From Wickerhamiella versatilis (Eukaryota), in contig JAQOWU010000008.1 of NCBI GenBank assembly GCA_030867685.1, positions 2,108,001 through 2,172,000 on the forward strand: a stretch of DNA of 64,000 nucleotides. The letters are read 5' to 3'. The translations under genes and the position numbers were made by a program. Shown piece by piece: positions 60,022-64,000 of the stretch. A model generated the notes under the pieces. It was not told the origin of the DNA, made no database searches, and saw nothing but the letters and a program-made list of their open reading frames with translations. The stretch's first letter is position 1. Each line of letters opens with the position of its first letter.

Positions 60022-63000
60022 ATGGGCAAGACAAACAACGCAAAGAAGAAGGCTAGACAGAAGGCGAAGAAATTTTCAAACGATTCTGGGAGCAATATAA
60101 CTAATTCCCAGCAAGAAGTTGCCAGCAGCCATTTGCAGGAACCACACGAAGCTGGTGTGGTTGACACGGAATCTACGGTAATGTTAGGTACCGCAGAAGA
60201 GAGCTTGGAATATGCTCCTGAAACTAATTCTGATCAGGCAGTAAATTCGAGCGAAAGCGTTGCCACGTGCAATTCTCTCGGAGATTCTCTTGAAGATGTA
60301 GAGCCAAAGCGAAGTGAATTTACAGCTACCACAGCTAACACTGATGATGCTCCTACACACTCGGATTCCAAGCATGAAAAGGAGGCTGCTAATATCGAAG
60401 AAGATAAACAGCCCTTCGTAGATTTGACGCAATCTACCGTCCAAGTGAAACCAGAAGGGCCCGTTCAACCAAACGCGGGTACAAATGATTCTCCATCGGA
60501 TGCGGATAACATCTACCATAAGCCAACCGAGTCGGTTCCATTATCCCCAGAAACTCGCGACTCAGGTGATGAATTTTATAATTCAATTGCTGCAAATAAT
60601 AGTGCTTATGAACGTAGGCCTTCTGTCCACGAACCTGGCAGTGTTGATCTCCCTGCTAACGGCCAGGAGGACCTCACAACACAGACGGAAGATAATGTTG
60701 AACAGTATCCCACTGCTACCCAACAGCCACTTGCTTCAGATGATGCTAATGATTTTGATGATTTCTATGCAGAGCTAGCCGGAAAGGAAGGGCCCGAGGC
60801 ACCAGAGATAGACCATCCTGCTCCATATATTCAGTCGGAGCAAGGAGTAACCTCCGCTTCAGCTGGCTTTAATGATCAAGGGCTTGATATCTCTGAGACT
60901 CTTGAACAGAATGAAAAGCCTCATGCATCTCATAGTGTACAGTCGGGACCATCACATGTACCAACTAATGATGATGCTGATGATGATGACTTCTACAAAT
61001 CTTTGCAGGGTCCGAGAGTCGAAGAGAGCGAAGCTTTCCAAGACGAAGCAGGTGAGGACTTTTATGCCTCCATCGACTCGAAGCCCCTGCCTGGTCAATC
61101 TCAGCAGCCTCAAGATTATTCTGAGCCTGTAAATGAATCCGATATGGGTTCAAATCGTCCGACTACTACATTAGCTCTTGAGCTTGATGATGATTTTCTT
61201 GATGATAATGACTCTGCAATGCCGGCGTCTTCTACCGATCATTCGGCTAGTGAGAAGGCCAGATTATCTTTTCTAGCTATGGATGACGATTTGCTGCCTG
61301 AAGATGCACCTATTGATGAAGATCAGACTAGGAATGACGTGGTGGACGTGAATAGTATCTCTGAGGATAAATCAGAAAAACCAAAAGCACCGAAGCCTGT
61401 CGAAGGTAGGTTCCATGAGTTTCATACTGATGTCACAGGGTTTGATCTTCCAGTTGAGATGATACCTCGAAAAGTGCCACATCGGTCTGCATCTACTATT
61501 GTTGGGGTCCCACAAGCATTGCATCACATGCCTCCACAGGCTCCTCCACCTACTTCCTTCACTCCTCAGCCAAATATGGAATCTCAATTGCAGCAAATGA
61601 GAGAAACCCAGTCTAAACCGATTCCGCCTCCGCCACGTACCGTAAAATCTCACCGTACAGCCTCTGCATCACCGTTTTCTTCACGGTATACACCACATGA
61701 TCCACCGAAGCCAGTGTCACAACCACCATCATCATCAATACTTTCTGGACCATCCTCTGGTATACCAAGTTCACGTGAATCTGTCGTTCCCCCTCCCAGA
61801 CCGCCACCACAGGTGAGAAGGGCTTCTTCTATTGCTAGACAGAACAATCCTGATCCATATGGCTTCCCAGGAATGCAAAATCAGCCACCCCCAACTAAGC
61901 CACTGCGGCGTACTACAACAGCACCTCCCCATTCAGGTGCTATGGCTGATGCTCAAAATCATCAAGAGCCGCCACCACGGGAGTTCTTGGATTCGCCTCT
62001 TCCCCAGTCTACAGGTTCTCCTGACTATACACCAGCTGGCAGTTCGGTGAAACAACAGCCTGCATCAGAGTTTCCAACGGAATTCATTGCCCCTCCAAGA
62101 TCGCGTCAACCAGGGCCACCGCCGCCTAGAGCAGCAGCGCCGCGTGCGTCAAGGTCAAGGCTTGTCTCACATCCAACTGCAAGCCGTAGTGCTTATGCTC
62201 CCACGTCGTCGTCCACCGATATTGCTGGATTGGCCAAACCGGAACAACCCCCTACGAGTAACCACATGGCTCCTGGTGTAGATAAACCAGTTGGATCAAA
62301 TGATATTGATCAACTAACTGGGCATGTTGATATATCTGTTCCACGCGACATTAATTCTCCACCTGTGGCACAGTACCCATCAGCAGGTGTGATGAATCAA
62401 AGGAGGCCGTCGCATCGGGCAAGACCAGGTCGTGCAAGTCCTTACACACCGTCGCCCATGGTTCAGCATGATTCAACACCAGGTACGATTTATGGACAGA
62501 GACCGCAAACCAGTTCACCAGCAGTTCCTCCTGTAGTTTCTTCGTCAGACCACAGGAATCCCCATGATGAATTGCTGCGTCGACAACGGCCGATATTAAC
62601 TTGGAGTTCCAAGTCTGTGGCTTCGCTAATCCCTGCCGCAATAGCTTTTGGAGCTCCTACATCAAGCATTAAAGTGACTCCTTTGAATCAACTCGGTCAA
62701 TTTTTGGACCCATTGTTTCCGGGACCTCTTGTTGGCTCCAAAGGTTCAGTGAAAGGCAAGCAGAAAGATGTTGAGAAATGGCTTCTTGAAAACCAGTCGA
62801 GGAGATTGTTTTTTGCTGTTTTGCTTGCCTTGATTCAGCACAAATCAGATAAGGAGATAGCCTCGATTCTAACGCCAGAGGCCTCGGATTCTCAGCACAT
62901 GCCTCCTCTACCAAGTGGAGTAGATTTCTCGGGCAGAAAAAATCATGAAAGGACTTCGAGTACCTCACTAGCCCAAACTGCAAAGCTTGCTATAACTGGA

Positions 63001-64000
63001 GACCTTGATGGTGCTCTTGAATGTGCTCTCAGGAATGGAGACTGGGCTCATGCTTTGATACTTTCACAAGCAGCCGGTCAATGGACAGAGACGGTAGCCA
63101 TGTTTTCACGTGAAATCTTAAGACCAGAATCTCCATCTATGAGCTTCTTGTATCGTGTGATGGCAGGAGATCAAGAAGCAATCTCTGAATTGCGACCGAG
63201 AGGTACCACTGAACTTGTAGATAGGAGTCTTCAACAGAAGTATCTTCAAGATTGGGCACTTTTTGCAGCGCCAGTGGTAGCTAACAGACAAAGGTTTCCT
63301 GAGTCTTCCACTAAGGCGTTACTGGATCTTGGGAAGTTACTAGTGGAGCACGGGCTTACGGAGGAAGGCCATATATGTATGCTGCTTTCAAATAATATAC
63401 CATTTGGTGATCCTCATGGTATCTTTTTACCTCTCGCTAATGCATCGCTAGGAAGAGACCACGATTCTCTAGTCGCTGCTGAGATACTTGAGTGGTATCT
63501 TGTGACAGAACACAAGAAAACACCTTATGGGCATCTCATTCCTTTCAAGATTGCCCACGCAGGACTATTATCTGATGTTGGTATGTTTGCAGAATCCTCC
63601 CGTCTTGCCGAATCCTCCCTGGCACAAGCTCGCAGTATTAAGGTAATGCCCCTGGTAATACTGGCTGAAAAAGCTCTTGCTCGCTGCAATCAGCCATCCA
63701 GTGAGACAAGTACTTGGTTAACCCGAAAGCTTTCTCGCCCTAATCTGGAAAAGGCAGTGGTCTCATCTTTTAATAAGTTTGTCGCTGGTGATAACGATGA
63801 GCCTCGTGCGCCGACAAGGCCTGCAAGCGCCGGTCCCGGCCCCATCATGCCTCCACCTCTGGCTCCGCCGCCCTCACATCGTTACACCCCCGGACCCTAC
63901 CCTGCCTCAGGTGGCCAGGTTACTCCAGCTGAATCTGAACCGACTCCGCAGGTGTCCCCGTTTGGGAGATCACACTATTTACCAAGTCCTCATATACCGC
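60022..64000 (+). CDS. SEC16: COPII scaffold Sec16, 3'-partial (runs off window; missing from ORF track)
   Basis: ATG 60022 'MGKTNNAKKKARQKAKK'; acidic and Pro-rich N-terminus; same frame gives 'RQRPILTWS', 'FPGPL', 'NGDWAHALILS', 'WLTRKLSRPNLE..SFNKFVAGD'. Confidence 0.88.
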   Translation, partial: MGKTNNAKKKARQKAKKFSNDSGSNITNSQQEVASSHLQEPHEAGVVDTESTVMLGTAEESLEYAPETNSDQAVNSSESVATCNSLGDSLEDVEPKRSEFTATTANTDDAPTHSDSKHEKEAANIEEDKQPFVDLTQSTVQVKPEGPVQPNAGTNDSPSDADNIYHKPTESVPLSPETRDSGDEFYNSIAANNSAYERRPSVHEPGSVDLPANGQEDLTTQTEDNVEQYPTATQQPLASDDANDFDDFYAELAGKEGPEAPEIDHPAPYIQSEQGVTSASAGFNDQGLDISETLEQNEKPHASHSVQSGPSHVPTNDDADDDDFYKSLQGPRVEESEAFQDEAGEDFYASIDSKPLPGQSQQPQDYSEPVNESDMGSNRPTTTLALELDDDFLDDNDSAMPASSTDHSASEKARLSFLAMDDDLLPEDAPIDEDQTRNDVVDVNSISEDKSEKPKAPKPVEGRFHEFHTDVTGFDLPVEMIPRKVPHRSASTIVGVPQALHHMPPQAPPPTSFTPQPNMESQLQQMRETQSKPIPPPPRTVKSHRTASASPFSSRYTPHDPPKPVSQPPSSSILSGPSSGIPSSRESVVPPPRPPPQVRRASSIARQNNPDPYGFPGMQNQPPPTKPLRRTTTAPPHSGAMADAQNHQEPPPREFLDSPLPQSTGSPDYTPAGSSVKQQPASEFPTEFIAPPRSRQPGPPPPRAAAPRASRSRLVSHPTASRSAYAPTSSSTDIAGLAKPEQPPTSNHMAPGVDKPVGSNDIDQLTGHVDISVPRDINSPPVAQYPSAGVMNQRRPSHRARPGRASPYTPSPMVQHDSTPGTIYGQRPQTSSPAVPPVVSSSDHRNPHDELLRRQRPILTWSSKSVASLIPAAIAFGAPTSSIKVTPLNQLGQFLDPLFPGPLVGSKGSVKGKQKDVEKWLLENQSRRLFFAVLLALIQHKSDKEIASILTPEASDSQHMPPLPSGVDFSGRKNHERTSSTSLAQTAKLAITGDLDGALECALRNGDWAHALILSQAAGQWTETVAMFSREILRPESPSMSFLYRVMAGDQEAISELRPRGTTELVDRSLQQKYLQDWALFAAPVVANRQRFPESSTKALLDLGKLLVEHGLTEEGHICMLLSNNIPFGDPHGIFLPLANASLGRDHDSLVAAEILEWYLVTEHKKTPYGHLIPFKIAHAGLLSDVGMFAESSRLAESSLAQARSIKVMPLVILAEKALARCNQPSSETSTWLTRKLSRPNLEKAVVSSFNKFVAGDNDEPRAPTRPASAGPGPIMPPPLAPPPSHRYTPGPYPASGGQVTPAESEPTPQVSPFGRSHYLPSPHIP

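Overview
Gene-dense window of a compact budding-yeast (Saccharomycotina) chromosome. About 30 housekeeping genes are recognisable: SSO1/2, ERG5, ELP1, RAD52, EXO84, SIF2, CAC1, SIP3/LAM1, a Bsu1-like MFS transporter, SMC3, NRM1/WHI5-like, DSL1, SRS2, MSH2, THS1, MCM4, YKE2, SLS1, RRN5, DUF3074, COG8, SLD3, VMA6, UBP9/13, SKT5, ZRC1, DUF1/WDR48, RPB5, PPN2-like, ELP3, and a partial SEC16 that is absent from the ORF track. There are also several orphan or small ORFs. Near-absent introns, shortened proteins and tiny intergenic gaps suggest a streamlined lineage such as Wickerhamiella/Starmerella (inference only). I recognised no tRNA, rRNA, transposon or CRISPR. The most notable observations are: an Smc3 that lacks the Eco1-acetylated KK motif; divergent start codons only 12-57 bp apart; MCB and bZIP/bHLH-type sites at, or just inside, start codons; a recurring sense-strand TACCCTA element about 20-55 bp upstream of ATGs; a 61-aa GTB-only Nrm1/Whi5; an unlisted 56-aa membrane micropeptide; and a candidate 5' intron in ERG5. 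All gene calls come from recalled motifs; no searches were run.
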